Below are positions 37,436 to 47,280 of a DNA stretch of 64,000 nt, piece by piece (the first letter of the stretch is position 1; each line of letters opens with the position of its first letter). Both the position numbers and the translations under genes were made by a program. Below the pieces are notes generated by a model. That model ran no database searches, was not told the origin of the DNA, and was given only the letters and a program-made list of their open reading frames with translations. The DNA lies in the NCBI RefSeq assembly GCF_035460085.1, contig NZ_DATHWZ010000090.1, forward strand, positions 15,006 to 79,005. Reading direction: 5' to 3'. Origin of the DNA: Methylophilus sp. (GTDB lineage Bacteria; Pseudomonadota; Gammaproteobacteria; Burkholderiales; Methylophilaceae).

Positions 37436-38877
37436 TGGCACCGCCTCGCTCACTTAAAAACCAGTTAAGGTTATGGTTGCTGCTCACCATGCTGGTTGTT
37501 TTGGGTATATCAGCTGCCATTTCATACTCGCGTGCCTTGCATTATGCGACCCAAGCTTATGACCAGGCACTGCTGCGGACCGTGCTGGCGCTTTCCGATG
37601 AGGTGATCGTCGATGAGCATAACCAGGTCAAGATCGAACTGCCCGAAATCGCCAGCCATTTATTGAGTTATAACGAAGGCGATCATATCTATATCCGCAT
37701 CACCGCCCCTGATGGGAAACTGGTGTTTGGCGAAGCTCACCTGCCCCTGCCTTCACATCCGGTGATTGGCAATCAAGAGGTGTATTACAACAGCACGTAT
37801 AAAGACGAGCCCATCCGCGTCGTTACCTTTGCGTTACCGGTCAGCCCAGACGCCAACGCGCGCAATATCCTGATCAGCATGGCAGAAACGACGGCAAAAC
37901 GTGATGCCATGGTGGCGGAAATGGTAGAGGAAATGCTACTGCCACAGGTATTGATGATGATTCTGGCGGCGATTGTCATCGAGTTAGGCATTTTCTTCGC
38001 ACTCAAGCCGATGCAGGATTTGAAAGATGCACTCCATGAGCGTTCTCACCGCGACCTGAGTTCACTGGATACTGACTCTACCCCGCTAGAGCTGCAACCT
38101 TTAGTGCAAGCGATGAATGCATTATTAAGCCGTGTCAAAGCCGGCTTACAGCAGCAGCAGCAATTTATTGCCGACGCTTCGCACCAGTTGCGTACCCCGA
38201 TTGCCGGTTTGCAGGCACAAGCCGAGCTGGCGCTGCGCAGCGATCCACCTGAATCTGTGAAAGAACCTCTCAATTTCATCCTGCGCAGTACCACACGGCT
38301 GTCCCATTTGATCCAGCGCCTGCTCAGCATGGCCAGGACGGATGCAGCCACCACACAACTGAAATTCCAGCCAGTATCGCTGACTGATATTATTTATGAA
38401 GAATGCGCACGCTGGATTGGCCCCGCCAGTGACAAAGGTCTGGAACTTGAAGTATTGATTGAGACACAGCAGGACCATGTCTGGGGAGATGCCTTGATGC
38501 TCTCGGAAATGCTGAATAACCTGCTGGAAAATGCCGTTCTTTACACGCCTACACAAGGCTTGGTACAGATCCGGCTGTGGCATGCAGGAAAACATGTCTT
38601 CCTCCAAGTGATGGATAGCGGGATTGGTATTCCGCCAGAACACAAAGCATTGATATTCGAACGTTTTCATCGACTGAATCCCAATCAAGGGAACGGCTGC
38701 GGCCTGGGATTAGCCATTGTTGCCGAAGTCGCCGAACATCATAACGCCACCATTACCCTCAGCACAGGGCTCGAACACCCGGTCACCCACGACACCGGCA
38801 GCCAATTCACGGTAAAATTCACGTGCTATGACACCCTGCCTCAGAACACACGCGCTGCAAGCACTGACCCTAAGTGA
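37432..38877 (+). CDS. Sensor histidine kinase (TctE/QseC-like)
   Basis: Two TM helices, AYDQAL sensor start, HAMP, FIADASHQLRTP H-box, NLLENA, DSGIGIP, GCGLGLAIV motifs. Confidence 0.95.
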   Translation: MMAPPRSLKNQLRLWLLLTMLVVLGISAAISYSRALHYATQAYDQALLRTVLALSDEVIVDEHNQVKIELPEIASHLLSYNEGDHIYIRITAPDGKLVFGEAHLPLPSHPVIGNQEVYYNSTYKDEPIRVVTFALPVSPDANARNILISMAETTAKRDAMVAEMVEEMLLPQVLMMILAAIVIELGIFFALKPMQDLKDALHERSHRDLSSLDTDSTPLELQPLVQAMNALLSRVKAGLQQQQQFIADASHQLRTPIAGLQAQAELALRSDPPESVKEPLNFILRSTTRLSHLIQRLLSMARTDAATTQLKFQPVSLTDIIYEECARWIGPASDKGLELEVLIETQQDHVWGDALMLSEMLNNLLENAVLYTPTQGLVQIRLWHAGKHVFLQVMDSGIGIPPEHKALIFERFHRLNPNQGNGCGLGLAIVAEVAEHHNATITLSTGLEHPVTHDTGSQFTVKFTCYDTLPQNTRAASTDPK

Positions 38878-39634
38878 CCCGCAATTGAAATGCACACTGG
38901 TGCATAGGCTATGGGAAGACTTTAGTGCGGGCAAGCTGCCATTAAATCCATCAGCACGATTAGCTGCTGACGCAACAATCCCGGGAAGACCTGCCCGCCC
39001 GGCACTGGTTGCACCCAGGCTGCTTAAACGCCGTGCCATGAATACCATTGAAGGGCGTGCTGCCTTGATCCATGCGCTCGCACATATCGAATTCAATGCC
39101 GTCAACCTCGCGCTTGATGCTGTCTGGCGCTTTAGCGAAATGCCGGTGGTCTATTACAGCGACTGGCTACAAGTGGCCAAAGAAGAGGCTTATCACTTTA
39201 CGCTGTTGCAAAACCACCTACATACGCTTGGATTTACATATGGTGATTTTGATGGCCATAACAGTTTGTGGGAAATGGTCGAAAAAACGCAATCTGATGT
39301 ACTGGCACGCATGGCGCTTGTTCCGCGCACGCTGGAAGCGCGAGGCTTGGACGCCAGCCCGCCGTTAAAACAAAAACTGGCACAAGCAGGTGACCATGCT
39401 GCCGCCGCCATACTGGATATTATTCTGCATGACGAAATCGGCCATGTTGGCATTGGTAACCGCTGGTATCACTGGCTATGTGATCAGCGTGGCCTGGATG
39501 CACTGAAGACTTTTGACCAGTTATGCCAGGCGTTCAAAGCGCCGCAACTAAAACCGCCTTTTAACATGGATGCGCGTAAAAAAGCCGGATTTACCGAACA
39601 GGAATTAGCTTATCTGAATGGCGAGTTTACTTAA
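38828..39634 (+). CDS. DUF455 ferritin-like di-iron protein
   Basis: PGRPARP, LIHALAHIEFNAVNLALDA, EEAYHF, VPRTLEARGLD, DEIGHV, P.N.DAR..AGF motifs. The start is uncertain and overlaps the kinase end. Confidence 0.9.
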   Translation: MTPCLRTHALQALTLSDPQLKCTLVHRLWEDFSAGKLPLNPSARLAADATIPGRPARPALVAPRLLKRRAMNTIEGRAALIHALAHIEFNAVNLALDAVWRFSEMPVVYYSDWLQVAKEEAYHFTLLQNHLHTLGFTYGDFDGHNSLWEMVEKTQSDVLARMALVPRTLEARGLDASPPLKQKLAQAGDHAAAAILDIILHDEIGHVGIGNRWYHWLCDQRGLDALKTFDQLCQAFKAPQLKPPFNMDARKKAGFTEQELAYLNGEFT

Positions 39635-39932
39635 GCTCACGGTTTATGACAGCCTCAATACTTATCAGGTGAGAGCATCCGCATCACCCGTCCAACCTGT
39701 CCAGTCACTTCGGGATCACATCTCCGCAGCCTTGCACTTGCAACCGTCTATTTTTAGTCTCGATACCCGGCAAATCTTTGGTTTTAAAAGAATAAACTGC
39801 AAATTGATAGAAGAACTATCTTCTGTTTACTCAATCGTAATGTGCATGGGTTAGTTACAATGAGAGTTCATATTTAACCTGCCAAAGATGACCGTCAGGT
39901 GTTTTAAATGATACAACAAGGAACTAAGTGAA

Positions 39933-40679
39933 ATGAATTGCGGCAAGTGTAATCCCCAGCAACTGGGAATCGATTTCTCAATGGCTTTCCAGCCGATTGT
40001 TGCATTCAATGAAAAGCGCACCTGGGGGTATGAGACCTTGGTTCGTGGGGTCAACAATGAGCCCGCCTCTTTCATTCTGGACCAGGTTAACGAATCAAAA
40101 GTGCACAGTTTTGACCAGATCATCAGGTCACGTTCGATCAGGCTTGCCCATTCGCTGCAATTTGACCAGATTCTCTCTATCAACTTCTTGCCTAATGCTG
40201 TCTATAAACCTGAAAACTGTATTCAGTCGACCCTGAAGGTGTGTGATGAATTGGGTTTTGATAAAAAACGCATTATGTTCGAGGTGACAGAAATAGAAAA
40301 AATCACTGACCATGCCCATTTAAAGAATATTTTTACCGAATACAAAAAACACCAGTTCCTGACGGCGATTGATGACTTTGGCGCAGGTTATTCCGGACTG
40401 AACCTGCTGGCTGAGTGGCAACCGGATATTATTAAACTGGACATGAATTTGATTCGCGATATTGATCAGAATAAAACCAAGCAATTAATCGTGAAAAGTA
40501 TTTTAGATGTATGTAATGGCCTGAATATCAAAGTAATTTCGGAAGGCATAGAAACGGTGGGGGAATTGTCAGTGATGGTGGATTTTGGCGTGGATCTTTT
40601 CCAGGGCTATTATTTCGCCAAACCTCTTTTTGAGAATTTACCTGTCGTTCCTGAAGCATGTTTTACCCTGCACGCTTAA
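39933..40679 (+). CDS. Stand-alone EAL-domain c-di-GMP phosphodiesterase with N-terminal CxxC
   Basis: AFQPIV, ETLVRG, SINFLPN, FEVTE, IDDFGAGYSGL, IIKLD, EGIET, QGYYFAKP motifs; begins MNCGKC. Confidence 0.92.
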   Translation: MNCGKCNPQQLGIDFSMAFQPIVAFNEKRTWGYETLVRGVNNEPASFILDQVNESKVHSFDQIIRSRSIRLAHSLQFDQILSINFLPNAVYKPENCIQSTLKVCDELGFDKKRIMFEVTEIEKITDHAHLKNIFTEYKKHQFLTAIDDFGAGYSGLNLLAEWQPDIIKLDMNLIRDIDQNKTKQLIVKSILDVCNGLNIKVISEGIETVGELSVMVDFGVDLFQGYYFAKPLFENLPVVPEACFTLHA

Positions 40680-40833
40680 CCGCTGGTTGATCAAAAAAAA
40701 GCAACTTAAAAATGTCTTCTCACTTTAGATCTTGAGCGATTTTAGCTATTTATCTAATACGTTTTATCTAATCCGCTACATTTAAAATTTACGGCCATCA
40801 AGAATGTGGACTACCTGAGGCTTCTATTTCTTG

Positions 40834-42180
40834 TTAAGCCAACCATTGCGCCACTGCGCCCACCACACCGCTCACCACAATGACAATAGCCACATTCAGG
40901 CGATATTTGAGCACCGCCGCCAATACAAAGATACTGAGCACAACAGAAAACCATTCTATACCATTCGCCAACCCCTGCGGCCAGTAGATATGCCAGGCAA
41001 AAAATAAAGCCAGATTGAAAATAACGCCCACCACGGCGGCAGTCACGGCAGTTAAGGGTGCGGTAAACTTGAGATTTCCATGAGTGGTTTCAATCAAGGG
41101 GCCACCAAGGAAAATAAAAATCAGGCTGGGTAAAAAAGTAAAGAACGTCACTATGGTTGCCGCCACAAAGCCTGACAAACCGGCATGGCCAACACCTAGC
41201 ACTTCGGTGTTCCAGCCACTGACATAAGCAACAAATGTCACTACCATGATCAATGGGCCAGGCGTAGTTTCGCCGAGTGCCAGCGCATCCATCATCTGGT
41301 CTGCTGTTAACCACTGATAGTGCTCAACAGCCCCTTGATAAACATAAGGCAATACCGCATAAGCGCCACCAAATGTGAACAGCGCTGCCTTGGTAAAAAA
41401 CCAGCCCATCTGCGTGAAAGCGCCTTGCCAGCCATACAGGCCAACCAGTATCAGCATAGCTGTTGCCCACAGGCTAATGCCCCATGAGATCACGTGCCGG
41501 AAACGCTGCCAGCTAAATATTGCATGGGCCGGGGTCGGAGTAGCGTCATCAATCAATGCCGGATAATGGGTTTGATAGTCGACAGCATGACCGCTGACCT
41601 GTTGGAAATAATGAGGCAGGTAATAGCCACCTGCCACACCAGCCAGTGCGGCGAATAAAACAATGAGCGGAAACGGTAGCTTGAAGACAAAAATACCGAT
41701 AAATGCCAGGATGGCAATGCTCCATAGCAATGGATTTTTCAAGGCTTTGCTACCTATGCGGTAAGCAGCAAACAAAACAATCGCAATCACCGCCGGTTTG
41801 ATGCCATGAAAAATACCCGCCACGGCGGGAACTGAGCCATACGCCATATATACCCAGCCTAAAGCAACAAGCATGAAAAATGAAGGCAGGAAAAACAGGA
41901 TGCCGGCTATCAGGCCACCGGCTGTGCGGTGCATGAGCCAGCCAATATAAGTTGCCAGTTGCTGGGCTTCAGGACCTGGCAATATCATGCAATAGTTCAG
42001 CGCATGTAAAAAACGGCTTTCGGATATCCAGCGTTTCTGTTCAACCAGGTCGTGGTGCATCAGCGCAATCTGCCCGGCGGGGCCGCCAAAGCTGATACAC
42101 CCCAACTTGAACCAATACAGACTGGCTTCCGCTAACGAGACGGCTTTAGGGGGAGAGTCTGTTTCAGTACTTAAACTCAT
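40834..42180 (-). CDS. chrA: Chromate efflux transporter (long-chain CHR)
   Basis: ISFGGPAGQIA, MILPGPEAQQLA, FTFGGAYAVLP, GETTPGPL motifs in two homologous halves. Confidence 0.93.
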   Translation of the reverse strand: MSLSTETDSPPKAVSLAEASLYWFKLGCISFGGPAGQIALMHHDLVEQKRWISESRFLHALNYCMILPGPEAQQLATYIGWLMHRTAGGLIAGILFFLPSFFMLVALGWVYMAYGSVPAVAGIFHGIKPAVIAIVLFAAYRIGSKALKNPLLWSIAILAFIGIFVFKLPFPLIVLFAALAGVAGGYYLPHYFQQVSGHAVDYQTHYPALIDDATPTPAHAIFSWQRFRHVISWGISLWATAMLILVGLYGWQGAFTQMGWFFTKAALFTFGGAYAVLPYVYQGAVEHYQWLTADQMMDALALGETTPGPLIMVVTFVAYVSGWNTEVLGVGHAGLSGFVAATIVTFFTFLPSLIFIFLGGPLIETTHGNLKFTAPLTAVTAAVVGVIFNLALFFAWHIYWPQGLANGIEWFSVVLSIFVLAAVLKYRLNVAIVIVVSGVVGAVAQWLA

Positions 42181-42249
42181 GACGCTGCCTTTTCAACAGT
42201 ACTGGGCTCATTGTGATCATTTGCCAATATGACGACAATGGCATCACAA

Positions 42250-43089
42250 CTACATGATTAACATGTTTGCCACGCCATCCAGGCCGACGAAATTCAATGC
42301 ATATTTGGCTTGTTGCTGCACCACAGGCTTGGCGTGATACGCCACCCCTACTTCGGCGACAGACATCATTTTCAGATCATTGGCGCCATCACCAATTGCT
42401 ATCGTCTGTTTGGCTGTTAAACCAAGTTGATCGCGCAACTTGACTAGCTCATCGGCCTTACGTTGGGCATCGACAATATCGCCCAGCACTTGCCCGGTCA
42501 GTTTGCCATCAACGATTTCCAGCGTATTCGAAACTGCATAATCAAGCCCCAGTGTTTTTTGTACATAATTGGCAAACACGGTAAAGCCGCCAGAAACCAC
42601 CATGGTTTTGATACCGTGTTCTTTACAGATACCTATCCAATGCTGTACACCGGGATTAAAGCGCAAACGTTCATCAATTACCTGCTGCAACGCTGATTCC
42701 GTCAACCCCTTGAGCAGGGCAACACGCTTACGCAAACTGGCAGAAAAATCCAGCTCGCCGCGCATGGCCGCTTCGGTAATCTCTGCCACCTGCGGTTTGA
42801 TGTGCATCATATCTGCGATTTCATCTATGCATTCGATCGAAATCAGGGTGGAATCCATATCCATGACGCACAGGCCAAATTTTGCCAGGCGATGCGCGTC
42901 TTCAACCAATGCATAATCAATTTGCTGACTGGCACAAAACGCTTTCACTTCGACATAATCGCCATCGGCAACCGGCAGGTAATACGCATGCTGAGCGACT
43001 TGTGCAAACTGGTTGTAGCCGCCAACCAGGCCATGAATGTGCGTGAGATGCGCCATGCTGATGGCAGGCCCTTGAACCACTAAACGCAT
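42250..43089 (-). CDS. serB: Phosphoserine phosphatase
   Basis: MDMDSTLI..ECIDEIA, AMRGELDF..SL..RV.LL, VVSGGF, GDGANDL motifs. Confidence 0.95.
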   Translation of the reverse strand: MRLVVQGPAISMAHLTHIHGLVGGYNQFAQVAQHAYYLPVADGDYVEVKAFCASQQIDYALVEDAHRLAKFGLCVMDMDSTLISIECIDEIADMMHIKPQVAEITEAAMRGELDFSASLRKRVALLKGLTESALQQVIDERLRFNPGVQHWIGICKEHGIKTMVVSGGFTVFANYVQKTLGLDYAVSNTLEIVDGKLTGQVLGDIVDAQRKADELVKLRDQLGLTAKQTIAIGDGANDLKMMSVAEVGVAYHAKPVVQQQAKYALNFVGLDGVANMLIM

Positions 43090-43254
43090 GATGAAATCAA
43101 CTCGAATGTAAATGCTGGATTATACCAGTGGAAGCCACAAAGCCTGATTTGTATTGTTGAGGGCATATTTCTGTTTTAGGATTTTCACGCGCGATGGTAT
43201 GCTTGCCAAAAAATTTGAAAACATTAGTTCTCAACATCTTACCTGGGGAAAGTA

Positions 43255-44025
43255 ATGAAACAAGATTCTCAAACGTTACCATGGCTGAACTTGCCTAACC
43301 TGCCATTGCCACTTAAGGCATTATTCGTCGGTTATTTGCTGGTGATTGGCGTTGGCTTGTGCATGGCCGGTCTGCAGATCATGCTGACACACGGCATGGC
43401 TGATGGTAAATTTGGTTTGTCCGTGAACGACATTGTTTATAGCTATTATGGCGACCGCAGCGGCACCAAACTGGCGAGCAAGCTAAACGGCTCCATGTCT
43501 GACAAGGCGCCGCTTGAAGTACGCCAGGATATCATCAAATGGGCGCAGTTGGGCGCACCCCAAGACCAGTGGGAATCGCATTACAAACAGGTTTTTGCCC
43601 AGCACTGTGTCATGTGCCACAGTAATATTCCCGGTATTCCCGACTTTACCAAATATGAAGAAGTGAAAGCGCGTGCCGAAGTGAACGAAGGCGCTACCAT
43701 CAGTGGCCTGACCAGGGTGTCGCATATCCACTTGTTCGGTATCAGTTTTATCTTCTTTTTCATCGGCCTGATTTTCAGCTTTGCGGTGAATGTGCCGAAA
43801 ACAGCGAAAGTGATCGCTATTGGCTTCCCGTTTGCGTTTTTGATCGCCGACGTTATGTCCTGGTGGCTCACTAAGTGGTCGCCGCATTTCGCCTGGCTGA
43901 CCATTATTGGCGGTATGGGTTACAGCCTCGCTTCCACTTACATGTGGGTGATCAGCATGTACCAGATGGTCGTGTTATCGCGCAATGGCAAAGTCTATGG
44001 CAATGCCTGGGCACAAGACCTGTAG
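43255..44025 (+). CDS. Uncharacterised membrane protein with one CXXCH heme-c motif and an HxH motif
   Basis: N-terminal TM, soluble domain with CVMCH (43606-43620), then VSHIHLFG and three further hydrophobic helices. Confidence 0.85.
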   Translation: MKQDSQTLPWLNLPNLPLPLKALFVGYLLVIGVGLCMAGLQIMLTHGMADGKFGLSVNDIVYSYYGDRSGTKLASKLNGSMSDKAPLEVRQDIIKWAQLGAPQDQWESHYKQVFAQHCVMCHSNIPGIPDFTKYEEVKARAEVNEGATISGLTRVSHIHLFGISFIFFFIGLIFSFAVNVPKTAKVIAIGFPFAFLIADVMSWWLTKWSPHFAWLTIIGGMGYSLASTYMWVISMYQMVVLSRNGKVYGNAWAQDL

Positions 44026-44042
44026 TCCATTGCCCTCACACT

Positions 44043-44079
44043 AAACAAAAAACCGTACTCAAGTACGGTTTTTTTGTTT
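44043..44079. terminator. Strong intrinsic terminator between the CXXCH gene and sucC
   Basis: AAACAAAAAACCGTAC-tcaa-GTACGGTTTTTTTGTTT. Confidence 0.9.
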
Positions 44080-44144
44080 GTAGCCTAGCTTTGAGTGGGT
44101 ATTTGCGCGAAAATGACAGCTTAATCATAAAAACAGTTTATTTC

Positions 44145-45314
44145 ATGAATCTGCACGAATATCAGGCCAAACAATTACTGCAAAAGTATGGTTTGGTCAC
44201 ACCTGCCGGCCTGGTGGTCCAATCCGAAGAAGCCGCTGCAGCGGCTACCAAAGAACTGGGTGGAGAAGCCTGGGTGGTGAAAGCCCAGGTACATGCTGGT
44301 GGCCGCGGTAAAGCTGGTGGTGTAAAAGTGGTGAAATCCGCCCTGGAAGCACAGACAGTGGCTGGCGGCTTGCTCGGCAAACACCTGGTGACGTATCAGA
44401 ATGCGCCTGATGGCCAGCCTGTGCATCAGGTACTGGTAGAGCAAACGCTGCCGATTGCACGAGAACTGTATCTTTCAATGCTGGTAGACCGCAGCCTGGA
44501 ACGCGTGGTCATGGTCGCTTCGAGTGCGGGCGGCATGGATATTGAGGAAATTGCGGCCACGCAACCGGACAAGATTCTGCAGGAAATCTGCGATCCTTTG
44601 AACGGTCTTGTGGATTACCAGGCGCGTAACCTGGCATTCGGCCTGGGTTTGAGCGGCGACCAGATTGCGGCTTTTACCAAGCTGGCCAAAGGCTTGTACA
44701 AACTATTCAAGGATAACGATTTATCCTTGCTGGAAATCAACCCGCTGGTGGTGACCAGCGAAGGAAAACTGGTCGCACTCGATTGCAAAATGACCGTCGA
44801 TGATAACGCGCTATATAGGCAGAAACCGTTTGCAGAAATCCGCGACTGGTCACAGGACGATGCCAAGGAAGCTGAAGCACATCACAGCGGACTCAATTAC
44901 ATTGCCCTGAACGGCAATATCGGCTGTATGGTCAACGGCGCTGGTCTAGCAATGGCGACCATGGACCTGATAAAACTGCATGGCGGCATGCCGGCCAACT
45001 TCCTCGATGTCGGCGGTGGCGCCACGGCTGAAACCGTGACCAAGGCATTCAAAATCATCCTGGCTGACCAGAACGTGAAAGCCATCCTGGTGAATATTTT
45101 TGGCGGCATCATGCGCTGCGACATTATTGCGACAGGCATCATCACGGCAGTGAAAGAAGTCGGCATGACTATTCCGGTGGTCGTGCGCCTGGAAGGCACT
45201 AACGTAGAACTGGGCAAACAAATGTTGCGCGAAAGCGGCCTGAATATTATCTCGGCAGAAGGTTTGACCGATGGGGCGAAACAGGCAGTTAAAGCAGTAA
45301 GCGAAGGTGTGTAG
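44145..45314 (+). CDS. sucC: Succinyl-CoA synthetase beta subunit
   Basis: True start MNLHEYQAK at 44145; [45 protein letters not shown] motifs. Confidence 0.98.
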   Translation: MNLHEYQAKQLLQKYGLVTPAGLVVQSEEAAAAATKELGGEAWVVKAQVHAGGRGKAGGVKVVKSALEAQTVAGGLLGKHLVTYQNAPDGQPVHQVLVEQTLPIARELYLSMLVDRSLERVVMVASSAGGMDIEEIAATQPDKILQEICDPLNGLVDYQARNLAFGLGLSGDQIAAFTKLAKGLYKLFKDNDLSLLEINPLVVTSEGKLVALDCKMTVDDNALYRQKPFAEIRDWSQDDAKEAEAHHSGLNYIALNGNIGCMVNGAGLAMATMDLIKLHGGMPANFLDVGGGATAETVTKAFKIILADQNVKAILVNIFGGIMRCDIIATGIITAVKEVGMTIPVVVRLEGTNVELGKQMLRESGLNIISAEGLTDGAKQAVKAVSEGV

Positions 45315-45316
45315 TC

Positions 45317-46198
45317 ATGGCGATTCTAATCAATAAAAATACCAAAGTATTGTGCCAGGGCTTTACCGGTAAACAGGGCACATTCCATTCTGAACAGGCC
45401 TTGGCTTACGGTACCCAGATGGTCGGTGGCGTGACACCAGGCAAAGGCGGTCAGCAGCATTTGAACCTGCCAGTGTTTAACACAATGCGCGAAGCCGTGA
45501 AAGAAACCCAGGCCAATGCCAGCGTGATTTATGTGCCGCCGCCATTTGCTGCCGACTCCATTTTGGAAGCTGCCGATGCAGGTATAGAACTGATCGTCTG
45601 CATCACGGAAGGTATCCCGGTACTGGACATGCTGAATGTGAAAGCGGCCTTGCTTGCTAATGGCACCAAACTGATTGGTCCAAATTGCCCGGGCGTGATC
45701 ACGCCAGACGAATGCAAAATCGGCATTATGCCGGGTAGCATCCATAAACGCGGCAAAGTGGGCGTGGTCTCCCGCTCCGGCACATTGACTTACGAGGCAG
45801 TGCATCAAACCTCTGCGCTTGGCTTGGGTCAAACCACCTGTGTCGGCATTGGTGGCGACCCCATCAAAGGTCTGAACTTTATTGATTGCCTGGCACTCTT
45901 CCAGAATGACCCGGAAACCGAAGCGATAATCATGGTCGGTGAAATTGGGGGTAGCGATGAAGAAGCCGCGGCTGACTTTATCAAACACCACGTGACCAAA
46001 CCAGTGGCTGCTTACATTGCGGGCTTAACCGCACCTAAAGGTAAACGCATGGGCCATGCCGGAGCCATCATCTCAGGCGGCTCTGGTCGTGCAGAAGACA
46101 AAATCACAGCCCTGGAATCTGCAGGCTGCGTGGTAGCTGACTCCCCCGCCGGCCTGGGTGAAGCGGTATTGGCGGCGATTCAACGTGCTGCAAAATAA
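45317..46198 (+). CDS. sucD: Succinyl-CoA synthetase alpha subunit
   Basis: [38 protein letters not shown] (phospho-His) motifs. Confidence 0.98.
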   Translation: MAILINKNTKVLCQGFTGKQGTFHSEQALAYGTQMVGGVTPGKGGQQHLNLPVFNTMREAVKETQANASVIYVPPPFAADSILEAADAGIELIVCITEGIPVLDMLNVKAALLANGTKLIGPNCPGVITPDECKIGIMPGSIHKRGKVGVVSRSGTLTYEAVHQTSALGLGQTTCVGIGGDPIKGLNFIDCLALFQNDPETEAIIMVGEIGGSDEEAAADFIKHHVTKPVAAYIAGLTAPKGKRMGHAGAIISGGSGRAEDKITALESAGCVVADSPAGLGEAVLAAIQRAAK

Positions 46199-46214
46199 AC
46201 TGTTAGGAGACAGC

Positions 46215-47270
46215 ATGAAGCGTATTCCACGGACCACATACTGGACCAGCCTGTTGTTGTGCGGCACCGTGCTGTTGCTTGGCCTATCCCTGACAACTGA
46301 AGCTGCAAGCAAAAAGAAAAGTAAAGCAGGCCCTGACGAAACGACTATCATAGATAAATCAGCACTGGATGCAGCACCGGTTGATGCTAGCGCAAATATC
46401 TCATATCTTTTGATTGCAGCATCCAAAGGTGATGTCGCAACGGTAAAAGCACTGCTTAAAAGCGGTGCCAACCCGAATGTCGCAGATGCTGAAAAAATCA
46501 CACCTATCATGTATGCCGCACGTAAAAACCAGGCAGAAGTCATACGTGTCTTATTGGAAAGTGGCGCCAGCATTAATGCCAAAGACCAGGGCGGCTGGAC
46601 TGCACTGATGTTTGCCGCCAAGAAAAATAACCTTGATGCCGTTAAAGTGCTGCTGGATAAGGGCGCTGACGTTAAAGTCCGTGACCCCGACGGCTGGAGT
46701 GCGCTTGGTCTTGCCGCTACATCTGGTTACAGTGAGGTGGTTGGCATGATCATTGCAAAAGGCTTCGATGCCAATGTACGTGCCGGGGATGGAAAAACCG
46801 TGCTGATGTATGCGGCCAAAAGTGGCGATGTGCCTACCATCACTAAAATTCTTGAGAATGGCGCTGATCCTAACCTGAAAGACAAGTTAGGTACTACCGC
46901 GTTGATGATTGCTGCCAGGGAAGGTTTGTCGCCTGCAGTGATTTACCTGGTAGAGCATGGTGCCAAAATCGATGAAGAAGACGAGCATGAATGGACAGCC
47001 CTGACCTGGGCAGTCAAAAAAGACCAGCAAGAAGTCGCCAAAGCCCTGCTCGAACGCAAGGCGGATATTGACCATGAAGATAGCGAAGGTACCCCGCTGC
47101 TGCATCTGGCGGTCAGCAACAACTCCCCTGACATGGCGGAGCTGCTGATCAAGCACGGTGCAGATGTCAAAACGCGTGATCAATATGGCCTCACCGCCTA
47201 TGTATATGCGCTTAAAAACCAGAACCCGGCCATGGTCGAACTGATCAAAGCTGCAGGTGGTAAATATTAA
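46215..47270 (+). CDS. Exported ankyrin-repeat protein (nine repeats)
   Basis: AGGAG RBS before ATG 46215; signal peptide ending TEA; nine consecutive ~33-aa T/SxLxxAA...GAD repeats counted by eye. Confidence 0.92.
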   Translation: MKRIPRTTYWTSLLLCGTVLLLGLSLTTEAASKKKSKAGPDETTIIDKSALDAAPVDASANISYLLIAASKGDVATVKALLKSGANPNVADAEKITPIMYAARKNQAEVIRVLLESGASINAKDQGGWTALMFAAKKNNLDAVKVLLDKGADVKVRDPDGWSALGLAATSGYSEVVGMIIAKGFDANVRAGDGKTVLMYAAKSGDVPTITKILENGADPNLKDKLGTTALMIAAREGLSPAVIYLVEHGAKIDEEDEHEWTALTWAVKKDQQEVAKALLERKADIDHEDSEGTPLLHLAVSNNSPDMAELLIKHGADVKTRDQYGLTAYVYALKNQNPAMVELIKAAGGKY

Positions 47271-47280
47271 TGACGACTGC

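Noticed and set aside
39635-39932. c-di-GMP riboswitch or sRNA in the 300-nt region before the EAL gene
   Set aside because: Only short weak hairpins (AGAAGA/TCTTCT, ACCTG/CAGGT) are present; no GEMM-I or class II consensus was recognisable by eye. An Infernal/Rfam scan would settle it.
40749-40772. TTTATCTAAT direct repeat (two copies, 14-nt period)
   Set aside because: Two copies of an AT-rich decamer between convergent genes; not a CRISPR array, an att site or an IS end that I can support.
43875-44144. 90-aa N-terminal extension of sucC in the track
   Set aside because: It overlaps the upstream gene and crosses a strong terminator; SucC starts at MNLHEYQ (44145).
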